Positions 48,465-58,547 of a DNA stretch of 58,547 bases are shown here, piece by piece. Positions within the stretch are counted from its first letter, which is position 1; every line of letters begins with the position of its first letter. The DNA comes from Paraglomus brasilianum (taxonomy: Eukaryota): the NCBI GenBank assembly GCA_910592345.1, contig CAJVPI010000084.1, forward strand, positions 1 to 58,547, read 5' to 3'. The translations under genes were made by a program, and so were the position numbers. Below the pieces are notes generated by a model. That model did no database searches and was not told where the DNA came from. It was given only the letters and a program-made list of their open reading frames with translations.

Positions 48465-49187
48465 TCATAGCCTACGCACTTTGGATGGTCGACAACCGTT
48501 AAATGGAATAGGAGTAGCATCTGTAATCCGTTTTATCGACCATGAATTTTCCGGACTAGCCAAAGCCTTGAAGGCAGCCTCTCGTCCTTGCCCAATTCCT
48601 TTTAATACCAATTCGATTTCGCTTATCCTGAGTCTCTTTTCTTTTGCGGTTGTTATCACTGCCATTGCAGCTTGATGAGCAGCTTCGTAGCCACCTCTTT
48701 CTGCCTTTTTAAATCCGACAGCCCCGCCACTTTTGGTACACACTACTTGTCCATGATGATCTGCCAACGTGACGATAGTATTATTCAAACTAGAATTAAT
48801 GTATATTTTGTACATGGGAGATGTGTGAACGAGCATGTCTTTGAGAAGTCGAGATACATCAGCAGTTGTTTGTCTGTCGACCTGAGATGGTTCTGAACTG
48901 TCTCCTGAACTAGCAAGGTAATAGTCCGCACCATCTCGTTGTTGGCGGGATTTCGCTAATACATCGAGAAGACCACCTATTCCCCGATCCATTGATGATG
49001 TTTCGCCAGACAATTGGGAGAGGAGGTTGTCCGTATCCGGCGTCTTGGTTGCTGAAGTTGTCGTAGTTGTTGTATCTGTGGAAGGTTCATCGTTCGCTGG
49101 TGAGTCATCGCTATCAGATTTGGAGGAGAGTTGGCATACCTGCAGCCTTATTAAGGGACGAGTAATGGGTCTGCGTAAAAGATACAT
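48465..49187 (-). CDS. MRPS11: Mitochondrial ribosomal protein uS11m, 240 aa
   Basis: Arg-rich presequence; S11 core NNTIVTLAD...SGGAVGFKKAERG...KGIGQGREAA...ITDATPIPFNGCRPSKVRRL. Confidence 0.93.
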   Translation of the reverse strand: MYLLRRPITRPLIRLQVCQLSSKSDSDDSPANDEPSTDTTTTTTSATKTPDTDNLLSQLSGETSSMDRGIGGLLDVLAKSRQQRDGADYYLASSGDSSEPSQVDRQTTADVSRLLKDMLVHTSPMYKIYINSSLNNTIVTLADHHGQVVCTKSGGAVGFKKAERGGYEAAHQAAMAVITTAKEKRLRISEIELVLKGIGQGREAAFKALASPENSWSIKRITDATPIPFNGCRPSKVRRL

Positions 49188-49630
49188 AGGCGAGAAATGA
49201 TCAAAATTTTCAGTAACGTGATTTGGAATTTATATATAGACATATTATCATTATAGCTTTGTTTAACTACTTCCTATATCATTGTTTGACTCTTACTTTG
49301 CATTTGTAACTTTCTTGAATACTGGATTATTTAACCAATATACTGTAACGCCGGAAAAAAAAATATTGTCATGCGGTGAAGCATGTCCTAGATATTTAAC
49401 TTTTAATATTTAATGGCAAGATTTCTTCTAATGTTTCTGCTTGATTAACAATAATTCCATGGTCGACAAAAAGATAATTTATAGCTTTAAAAAATTGAAT
49501 TTGAGTAGTCATCATATGGTTATTTATTGTGTTGTTCAAGTCCGAAACAGCTACGTTATTTTTTATTACAGGAAGCTACATTATTACGTCTAAATAATTA
49601 ATTAAATAAATCCACACGAATTATTCCACA

Positions 49631-52600
49631 TCACTCCATCTTCTCAATCACAACCTCATGCGAAAACAACTCCTTGGTCACTTCGCATCCAAATCTGACT
49701 ATTTCTTTTTCATCTTCTTTGTCCAAGATCTCTCCATCTTTCACAAACTGTTGCAAAAAGAATTTAATTCCCTGAATTAGGATGGGATTATTTAGGATGT
49801 CTGTAAACGCTTCGACGATCAAGGTAGGATCGCGAGAAGAATGATTGTATGTCAAAGATTGAGATAGAAGAAAAATGTCTGTGAAAAGGAGCTGGAAGAA
49901 CAGAACTGTTCGCGGTTGAAGGCGTGTAAAGGTTACCGTCTGCACAAGAAAAAGTTCGATTGGGGTGGGATGATTTCAGAATCAATTCGTTGATAAAGCA
50001 ACAGACAAACATAGTATATTTTCTTTTCCGTTTGCTCACCTTCAAAACCCTCATTGATATTCCCTTTTTGACGATTAACCAAGCATATAACTTTGCAACA
50101 TTGACCACTCTCCTCACATCCACTTTTGCTTGTTCTCCGCCGCCTTTGCTCTTCTTCAACAACTCCATGCCTCCAACATCAGTCTCTCCGCACTCACGCA
50201 GGAAGTCCCAAAGACAATATTGGAAAGTTATTTTGTGGCTATGGGAGTGCATGCAAAGCCGGTGTGATAGTAAAGAATAGTAAGGATTGTGGGTCTTTTC
50301 CTATTTAATCGTACACCATGAGTAAATTTACAGGTTTGTCAGAGGTTTAGACGTTCAAAAATTGGACAAACAATACGTTAACATTTTATCCAATACTCAC
50401 ATTACCGCAACAATGTAAAATAACCCTGGGTATTTCTCTTTCCTGAACGTCCTTCAAATTCAGTTTCATCAATCTCTCGAATGCATCAACGTAATCTTCG
50501 CTACTCAACAGCACGACAAAAATGCACCTCCTGACGTCGGTGTTCATTTTTTGTTTTCTTGCGAGCGCTAGTAATGACTCATTAGCGGAATGGATGGTTG
50601 AATCCATGGATGGCGTTGTAGGAGGATTTTTATCAGAGGTTGTTATCCAAGACGCGCCCACTAGCCACCATTTGCCTTTATTTGGGAAAATAAAAGCGAG
50701 ATATAAAGTTTAGTAATCAGAGACAGAAGGAGGCTAATTGTATAAAGAGAAGAAAGCATAGTACCTTTAGTTTCAACGTTGCGTATATCTTCCAGTGACA
50801 CCCTCAATGGCTCGGTAGCTTGTACTAATAGGGAGAGTTATTAAGATCATCACTCCAAGAAAGTCCTACAAAAATACCCATTAAGCTTACCTTGCCATCT
50901 CTTATTCATATTCCCCAGAAACTTTTTCAATCTAATCACGACTTCTACGTTGCCTGAATGATTTTGCTTTATTCTATTATTCTTGAGATTTACAATTGTT
51001 TCCAGCATGAACCTTGCGCGAGATCTGAATGGAGAAATTGAGGGTGAAAAGATGCACTCGGTGATGAAACATGAAAGAATCATACAAATGAACTTATAGA
51101 TTTATAACAATATTCATTATATTTATAATATATTCCCCTATAACAAAAGATGCAAATAAGCATACGTTAGCCTTTGAGGATCAGTTTTGGCCATAACAGT
51201 CTGAATCAACTGGATGATCTCCTTCAGTGCGCTTGGGTCGTCTTGTCTAAGTTGTGATCCAGAGTCTATAAAGAAAGTCTTATTTAGTTCCTCATATGTA
51301 TATTCCACGAAACGTCACTTCAACTTACTTCTCAAAACTTTCAATAAAAGTTCAACATTCAGTTCATTCATCTCTTTGCAAAATGACCTTATCAAGTCAT
51401 ACATTAAGACACATGAAACCACTTGAAAATTATAGAGTTCTACGGTAAGCGTTACTAAATTTATCGGTTCCTTTGTGGACGTTGAATTGTCGTCTGGCAT
51501 AGCAGAGGATGAATTATCGTAATATCTAGTAAAGTCTGATACTAGTTCTTGGACTACATGTGCGCCTGGGTAGAACAAATGTATGATTGTTAACAGATAA
51601 CCAAAATAAATGCTTTCTTTTGGACCGGACTATTAAATATTTACATAACAGACTCACAAAAATCAATTCCAATGATCTTGTATAATCCAGCTACCAACGC
51701 TGCATATGTAATCACAAACTGATCGATTAGGCCAGACTTTTGTGATATCGTGTTCAAAATCAGCGTTGACAAAGTGGCGGTTACATCTGTAGCAACGCAA
51801 TAAGATTAATAACTTTCCCCTTCATCGATAATGACCGTATCAAACACTAGTTTCTTACCATGGCGTGGAAACTTCCAATATAATTCTTCTATAGACGACA
51901 AAATTACCTCAATATTTTGTTCGCTCAGTCTAATAGACAAAGCAAGTAGAGTCATCAAAGGCTGAGATACGATTATGGTCAATGCTAATGAAAAAGTCTT
52001 CATAATACAAGACTTTCGAATTAACTTTTGGATTACCGATTAAGTAAACCTAATATATGCTTTTGTAATCTTGACAGCTGTTCCCTACGTTCACCGTCAT
52101 CTTCCGCTGCCTTTGCGCGGAGGTGAGGAGGAATATATTTTTCTAGAATTTAAAGTAAAAAGACCGATGTCAGGCGAGATCTAGAAAGTTAGCACGTGGC
52201 AACAAGAGAAACTTACTGTCAACATCCGCCGACCTAGAATGCTTTTCAACTTCGGTACTGGACTTTGAGTTGTAGTCATAATCTTCGGTGTCGCTCAGAT
52301 CTTCATTTTCATCACCGTCGTCTTCATCCTGATCCTCATCGTCATAGTCTCCCATATCTTCCTCAAATTCATCTTCTTCCTCTCCCTCACTCTCCACGTC
52401 GTCTTCCGAATCATGTTCTACAACTTTTCTACTTTCTTTCCTGGTGCCTGCCTTCTTTGATAGTCCTTCCCGCATTATCCTCTTTGATCCTATGCTTATT
52501 CCATCGAGCAACTCTGTAACAACGGTCACGTATTAATTATTAATCATATGCAACAACCCGGTTTTTCGCGATAAGACAATCCAAAAATACACAAACCATC

Positions 52601-53146
52601 GAGACCGTCATCCACAAAAGCCTTGGGAAGTTTTCCATTCTTGTTCCAGTTTCCATTCTTATTCAATCTTAGTTTTTTCTCTAACCATTTCATCTCCTTT
52701 GCTTCTCTATCATCCAATCTGATCTTGTTGTGATCGTTCTGTTCATTATTTTTGTTTGTTGACGTATTCCTGGTCTCGGGTTTCTTGGATGATACAGACT
52801 CGTCATTTCTTTCATCCTTGTTATTGATCTTCCTTCTCTTTGCCGTGTGAATTTTACCATTTTGTGTGCCATTACTATTAAGTACGACAGGAACTCCCTT
52901 ACGTTTCTTTTCTAATCGTTGTAGTTTTCGCTTTTCCTTTCGATTTTTGGCTCGATTCTTAAATTTTTTCTCGAATTTCCTATCATCAATGTCTTCAAGA
53001 AGTTTTACTAGGTAAAGATCTAGAAAATAGTCGCTATTTCTTCAGCATATTGCAGTACGCTTACCATTAACTTCTAGTTCTTCTCTAATGGAATCAGGGA
53101 GAATGGGACCATTTTGCCTGTGTTTTTCAGAATTGTCTCGTGGCAT
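49631..53146 (-). CDS. SGD1: Sgd1/NOM1 nucleolar MIF4G-MA3 protein, multi-exon
   Basis: MPRDN...LPDSIREEL start, LEKKL...DDGLD|ELL, KYIPPHLR, LLN|RLSEQNIE, KDDP-like QDDPSALKEII, SRARFMLETI.NLKNN, GKWWLVGASW, LARKQKMNTDVRR and ITFQYCLWDF. Confidence 0.92.
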
Positions 53147-54779
53147 TTGTGAGTGGCAAAATTTTTTTCATAATTTAGATTATCCACAAATTTAATTCAT
53201 TGGGACTCTTTATTGGCTAAAAATTCCGAGCTGCGTTAGTATTAGACACGTCTAAAACGTTTCTTGTCATACCACACTTTTTATGTTGCTCTCAATAGGA
53301 TGGATGAATTACATCTGGAAGAACGGTGACATTGACATTGAGAGTTAGTTCTTATTTAAACTACTAAGTAATTTCTGTTTGCACATGCTTGGCCTCGATA
53401 TATTGCTAGTTGCTTTCGATCCACGCGTTTATTCTGTATGCATCACAGTTTGTATCGATTTTAATACATAGGCGTGCTTTACAATAAGAGACAAAGACAA
53501 CATACAGACGTCGCTGCTGCCTCTCCGAAATTTTCTACTTCATCTTCCTTCCCCTCACTCTCTTCTCTAATTTCTCCCTTCTGCATTTCTGTAGTAACCG
53601 ATTGTTCGGGCCTCTTGTAATGTCGTTTTCTGATTAGGATCTGTAATTCTTGCTAGTAACAAAAGTAAGGCGCTCTTTTTGACAATACGTTATTACAACT
53701 CAAAGTATTCTCTTGTTTACAGTATTTAATGTTAAACGTTGTACCAATCTAAAGTATTCTTCTTCGTACCTACTTATTGATTACAGTTGGCAATGTTAAT
53801 ATGCAACTCTATCTGTAAAATTATTTGGCATTCCCGCTTACGTTTCCCAAGACGCAAAGACGAAAAGTTTAGCTCATAGAGGGTGGGGTCAATTACTTGT
53901 GTCAATCGTTGCCGAGTGAATAATATTTGAGCTTCTCTGTGTCGTTAACATACAGTATTTAAGCGAGGGTCAGGTACTAACAGAATAGGAACAGTTGAAC
54001 AATTGTTAATTATTTTATTAAGAGTTCAACACCAAGAACTTAGTCAAATTTCCTGGTTGACTTATATACGTGTTATGAATGTCCACAGTAGAATGAGCAA
54101 TATTTTTATAAGAAAGAACAAATATAATGTGAAGTTTATTGTCTGCACAGTTTGTATTGTTAGATTGGCTACGAAAAACATGCAAGCATCCAAATTATTC
54201 GTGTAACTGGACGTTAAAATAAGATGATTGTCGGTGAAATTGCAGCCTAGTGATGCATGACCCACTGCCGAAAATGCGTTACGAGTTTGCGTCTCAATAT
54301 CACAAAATTAAGAAACAGTTCAAAATTGGGCTCCCATCTCTTTTATAAACGTTAGTTGAACTACATCACTGAAAGGGGCGTGTTGTGTTCATGAATTGTA
54401 ATGCGTAATGTTATAAGGGGTGGGTTAAGTTGAGATGCCCTTAATAATAATAGATCTATTCAATACCAATTATTTTATAATAATATACGGTTTACAGTAG
54501 TATTCGAGAAAACGAGTATCCCATACTAATATATAGCTGCACAACCTAATTGGTTGGGATTCAAATAAAAATTAAAAAACCGAAGAAACTCGTACGCGAA
54601 CACTAGTTACCATATACAAACAAAATTCTAACAACTTGTGTAGATGTCAGGGAAATGATAGCAATCAATGTTTCAGACAGTGAAAGTGATGTCAGTGGTA
54701 ATTATTACTTTTTCACTTTCTAATATTATGTATTTAATAATTATTTTATTCTTAATCTTCTTCTAATAATCTTCTGGAC

Positions 54780-55690
54780 TATAAGAAACCCTTTTTGAAA
54801 TGCCTAGAGCTGATTGGTGTACACAAGGAGTTCAGAGACGTGCGTGGCTTGTGGCCAAATTGCTGCCAAATTAGTTGGAGACTGTTTACCTTGTTCGAGC
54901 AAACGTGAGGATAGGCAAATAAATAAGGGTTATTACGCTGTATCCATTTGCAGGCATAACGTAATGATGGATGGTACCAGCGAACAAATCTGCTTGTTGT
55001 AAGAAAATGCCTAGCATGCCCGAATATAGAATTAATGCTCTTTTATTTTTAGAATATCCCATTTAGCGTTAGGGTTCGATATTCGACAAATGGATTAGCT
55101 CCTGCAGACCAAACTGGTGTGAAGGTATACAGGTGAGAGATATTTTCTTTTCGCGTACGGAACGTCTTCGATACATGCAGGTATTGAGGCAAGCCTACGA
55201 CTCAGCTGACCATCAGGGTGAGACTTGCAACCACTGCATATCGCAATTTTTGTTGAATTATTTGGGGTGTGAAGTAAGCGGTGTTTCAGGAAAGAACAAT
55301 TCGAAAGGATATCTAATAGTTTCATCCCTAATTATCCATTTTGTCGAATGAGGATATAGCAATCGCGAATAGTATGAGCATGGAATACACGGAAATTGTG
55401 CAAAGTCATTATTAGTAAGATGACTTAGAATTCTACATAATGCAGCGCAAGGACGCCAATATGAATAATTGTTAGTTTCTGGGAGTTTATTGTTGTTACT
55501 AGTGGATGATTCGTGTAAGGAAGAAGACATAGTATTGTTTGTGTAGGCCATGAATTATCATTCACATTCAAGACCGTTTTGTCTGCATCGAGAGAAAAGA
55601 CATCGATAATATAAGACGTTTTAATTAAATTTTTCCAGTAGCAATGATTAAGGGAAGGTTTTTTAGTTTTGAAGAAAACGATCAATATAT
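54780..55690 (-). mobile_element. Helitron-like Rep/helicase N-terminal relic, frameshifted
   Basis: Minus-strand pieces: FPCIPCSYYSRLLYP, AICSGCK, IPACIEDVPYAKRKYLSPVYLHTSL, GANPFVEYRTL, MGYSKNKRALILYSGMLG, ACKWIQRNNPYL. The last resembles the W-x3-NNP motif upstream of Helitron Rep domains. Confidence 0.55.
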
Positions 55691-56409
55691 TGTGATCACA
55701 TATATACAGTATATACGTATATGCATTAAATAAAAATTACATTTGATGAAGAAATAACAATTAAAAATCCTGGCGGTAATCCAAGCAACCTGCAAGCAAT
55801 TTTTTTTTGTAGGGGAAAAAAAAAGTTGCGGCGAAGATAGTAAATAAGGCTTAAAATGTCATAGTGGTTATAATCAATGTGTTTGTTAGATTATTATTAT
55901 TGCAGAACGTGGTAGAATACGGGTCCGTATTATTTCACCGACAATCATTTCACCGTAGTATTTATTGCAGTATATCATTACTTTATCCCTTCCCAATTAT
56001 GCTTTGTATTATACTTTATCTTTATTTACTTTCATCAAAAAGAGAAAAATTTATGGAGTTGTTAATAAAAATAAAATGCTGCGGCACATCTGTTTATTTC
56101 TTATAAATAGACGCATGGTACTGGACATAACAGTATACAGTATATAAAATTGGTCGCATAAATTTTCCAAAAATCTTACCAGAAAAGGTAATAGAAGGTT
56201 AGTGCGGAATATTGATTTGGGAAAAGATGTTTGTAAACGACGAATGAAAATATATAATCGACATATAAGGTTAAGATTGTGCATCAAGTGATGAAGGCGA
56301 AAATTTACTATACGGTAATATCAAACAACCTCACTATATATGCCGACCAAACCATTATTAATACAAGGGTTGACTATAAAATGTTATTTAACACGAGAAA
56401 TAATTCGCG

Positions 56410-57537
56410 TTACATGTGAACAACCAGATAAATTAGTATGGTGGTAGTTATTGTCAAAAACTTGGTGAATAATTGCACCTGAGTTTGAGTACTGGACGAA
56501 TTGAGAAGAGGACTAGTGGTAGCACTAGTAGTGCTGCTCGTACTGCTACTGCTACTGCTACTGCTTGGAGGGGGAATGGTAGTGATAGGCGGAGGAGAAG
56601 AAGGAGACAGAGGAGAAGAAGAAGACGGAGGAGGAGGAGAAGGGGTAGTAGGAGGAGGGGGAATGGTAGTGATAGGCGGAGGAGGGGAAGGAGTGCTACA
56701 CTGATTATTAGGAATACATTGCGTGCCATCAGGACAACATCCACCTTGCTGATCTTGACATGGAAAATATCCAATGTCGCACGCAGAAGGAGGACTACAC
56801 TGATTATTAGGAATACATTGCGTGCCATCAGGACAACATCCACCTTGCTGATCTTGACATGGAAAATATCCAATGTCGCACGCAGAAGGAGGACTACACT
56901 GATTATTAGGAATACATTGCGTGCCATCAGGACAACATCCACCTTGCTGATCTTGGCATGGAAAATATCCAATGTCGCACGCAGAAGGAGGAGGACTACA
57001 CTGATTATTAGGAATACATTGTGTGCCATCAGGACAACATCCACCTTGCTGATCTTGACACGGAAAATATCCAATGTCGCACGCAGAAGGAGGAGGAGGA
57101 GTACCAGGATTACAATAAAAGTCAGGTGTGCAAACTTGGTCAGGGAAGCAGCAACCATCACCACAAGGTATATCTTTGGCAGTACATGGAATGTTGCAGC
57201 TTTGACTGTTAGGTACACATGTCGCAAGTGTAGGGCAACATCCATTGCTATTTGGACACGGAACGTATGTTGGATCGGTGCAGGCACTAGCGTTTGCCAA
57301 TAGAGATAATCCAGCATATTTGCTATTAAGCTTCCTTGCTTCAAGATATGCGGTATTAGATCTACCTTGTAGCCGAGAATTTGTGGTGGCAGGTTTAAAT
57401 TGCAGCCGAGAATTCGTGGTGGGAGGTTTAACTAGCAGCCGAGAATTCGTGATGTCAGATTTACTTTGCAGCCGAGGTGATGTAGCATAAGCATAAGTTA
57501 CGGCAGCGAGAATGAGTATCAAAGTGAGATACTTCAT
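56410..57537 (-). CDS. Secreted Cys-rich tandem-repeat surface protein, probably GPI-anchored, 375 aa
   Basis: Signal peptide, 11-aa NSRL repeats, two divergent 6-Cys modules, 4x ACDIGYFPCQDQQGGCCPDGTQCIPNNQCS, a P/S/T stalk and a hydrophobic C-terminus. Confidence 0.9.
   Translation of the reverse strand: MKYLTLILILAAVTYAYATSPRLQSKSDITNSRLLVKPPTTNSRLQFKPATTNSRLQGRSNTAYLEARKLNSKYAGLSLLANASACTDPTYVPCPNSNGCCPTLATCVPNSQSCNIPCTAKDIPCGDGCCFPDQVCTPDFYCNPGTPPPPSACDIGYFPCQDQQGGCCPDGTQCIPNNQCSPPPSACDIGYFPCQDQQGGCCPDGTQCIPNNQCSPPSACDIGYFPCQDQQGGCCPDGTQCIPNNQCSPPSACDIGYFPCQDQQGGCCPDGTQCIPNNQCSTPSPPPPITTIPPPPTTPSPPPPSSSSPLSPSSPPPITTIPPPSSSSSSSSTSSTTSATTSPLLNSSSTQTQVQLFTKFLTITTTILIYLVVHM
56697..57097 (-). 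repeat. Four near-identical 99-102 bp coding tandem repeats
   Basis: Units differ by only a few synonymous substitutions and the Pro-codon count. Confidence 0.95.
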
Positions 57538-58547
57538 ATTGAAGCTCGAGCAGGACTTGACACAAATCCTGATGCAAAATAATCGTGTCGGGACGCATTA
57601 TTTAAACACTTACATCCTGTAGCGTTGTACTCTTTTTGTGATTACGCCCAATTGAATTCGCCTTTTCTGGCCAATGTAACGCCATATATGTTGAAACAAA
57701 AAGTTCTATGTTTAATATTATCATAAACTTAAGTTGACTTGTTGGCAAGATTGTAATAATTAGTTAAAAGCATCCAACTTGACAAGTTTCTAACGGACCT
57801 AATTATTTAACGGATAGCGGTGAAACGGTTGGTTGTATCGGTCGAGAATGCTAATGCTTGGTTCATTGACCATCCATATCTGCGTACTTAATAGACATTA
57901 ACGCCAAGATGTAGAATGAAACCATATACAGTATATTAACAAAGATCTGTCTGCTTTGTCTATCAATAGATATGTGGAACAATGATCTGCGAAGAGATCT
58001 TACGTTATCTTAGAAGACGCAACGCGATGCATACGATTACTTCACTTTGTTCAATTGCTGAACAATTAAAAACAAAGCATATTGATTCTCCAAAAATTGT
58101 TATGCGTTGACAGGAAAGACAAGAAAAGCTTTGGCGCACTACGATAGATTATCGCAATCGCAATGTTTGTTTTAAAAAGGCTTCATTCATGTTGTATGAA
58201 TTCTACTATTTTGTATTGTCCAAGGCGATCAAATACTCGTTTTAATGTTAAACAGAGTTAGTGATCATGTTTCATGGTAAGAGCCTAAGAGCTATATAGC
58301 CGGCCGCGAACTAAGAAAAAGGGGTTTATTTACGAAAGTATAGTAATACGGCAGTTAGTGTTGATGTTGTTTTTTTTTGGATAGAAAAAGAATGGCCCCG
58401 CTTTTGGCAGCATGGCACTAACCAAATTTATACCGATGCCTTCCAAATTTGGCGACTACGTCACGATTTGTATATGTTGTATATAATTTGCGTCACTATA
58501 TAATTCCCGGAATTATATATATAATTGGTGGTACGCAATTTATATAT

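Noticed and set aside
53350..53900. Possible small spliced minus-strand gene (QELQILIRKRHYKRPEQ...), briefly considered as ribosomal S21
   Set aside because: No S21 motif continuation and no consistent upstream exon or start could be assembled.
55050..55700. Plus-strand frame with many TGA codons, suggesting TGA=Trp or endobacterial DNA
   Set aside because: TAG and TAA stops also occur in that frame, and the recognisable coding signal is on the minus strand.
56454..57344. Long overlapping ORFs of 296 aa (-) and 276 aa (+)
   Set aside because: Alternative-frame and antisense shadows of the in-frame tandem repeat in the Cys-rich gene.

Overview
AT-rich, intron-containing fungal nuclear DNA. 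The gene families and TE relics point to an arbuscular-mycorrhizal (Glomeromycotina-like) genome; this is an inference. Intact genes: BTB/BACK-TLDc (-), GST-zeta/MAAI (+), a 4-exon small secreted protein (-), a divergent cytochrome P450 (+), CLPTM1-like (+), F-box/LRR (-), an orphan 7TM protein (+), Lsb1/Pin3-like SH3 protein (+), Vps68 (-), mitochondrial ribosomal S11 (-), Sgd1/NOM1 (-) and a secreted Cys-repeat surface protein (-). About 24.5-37.5 kb is a gene-poor TE graveyard. It holds a CpG-eroded Crinkler-type NTPase+restriction-endonuclease pseudogene, a Sola2-like transposase relic with a nested MITE, and pogo/Tigger remnants. Several short TIR elements (TA, 4-bp and 8-bp TSD types), a Helitron-like relic and other gene fragments are scattered through the window. 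The most unusual intact item is the P450, which keeps its haem Cys but lacks the ExxR, PERF and I-helix acid-alcohol motifs. Exon boundaries were read by eye and family calls come from remembered motifs, not database searches.
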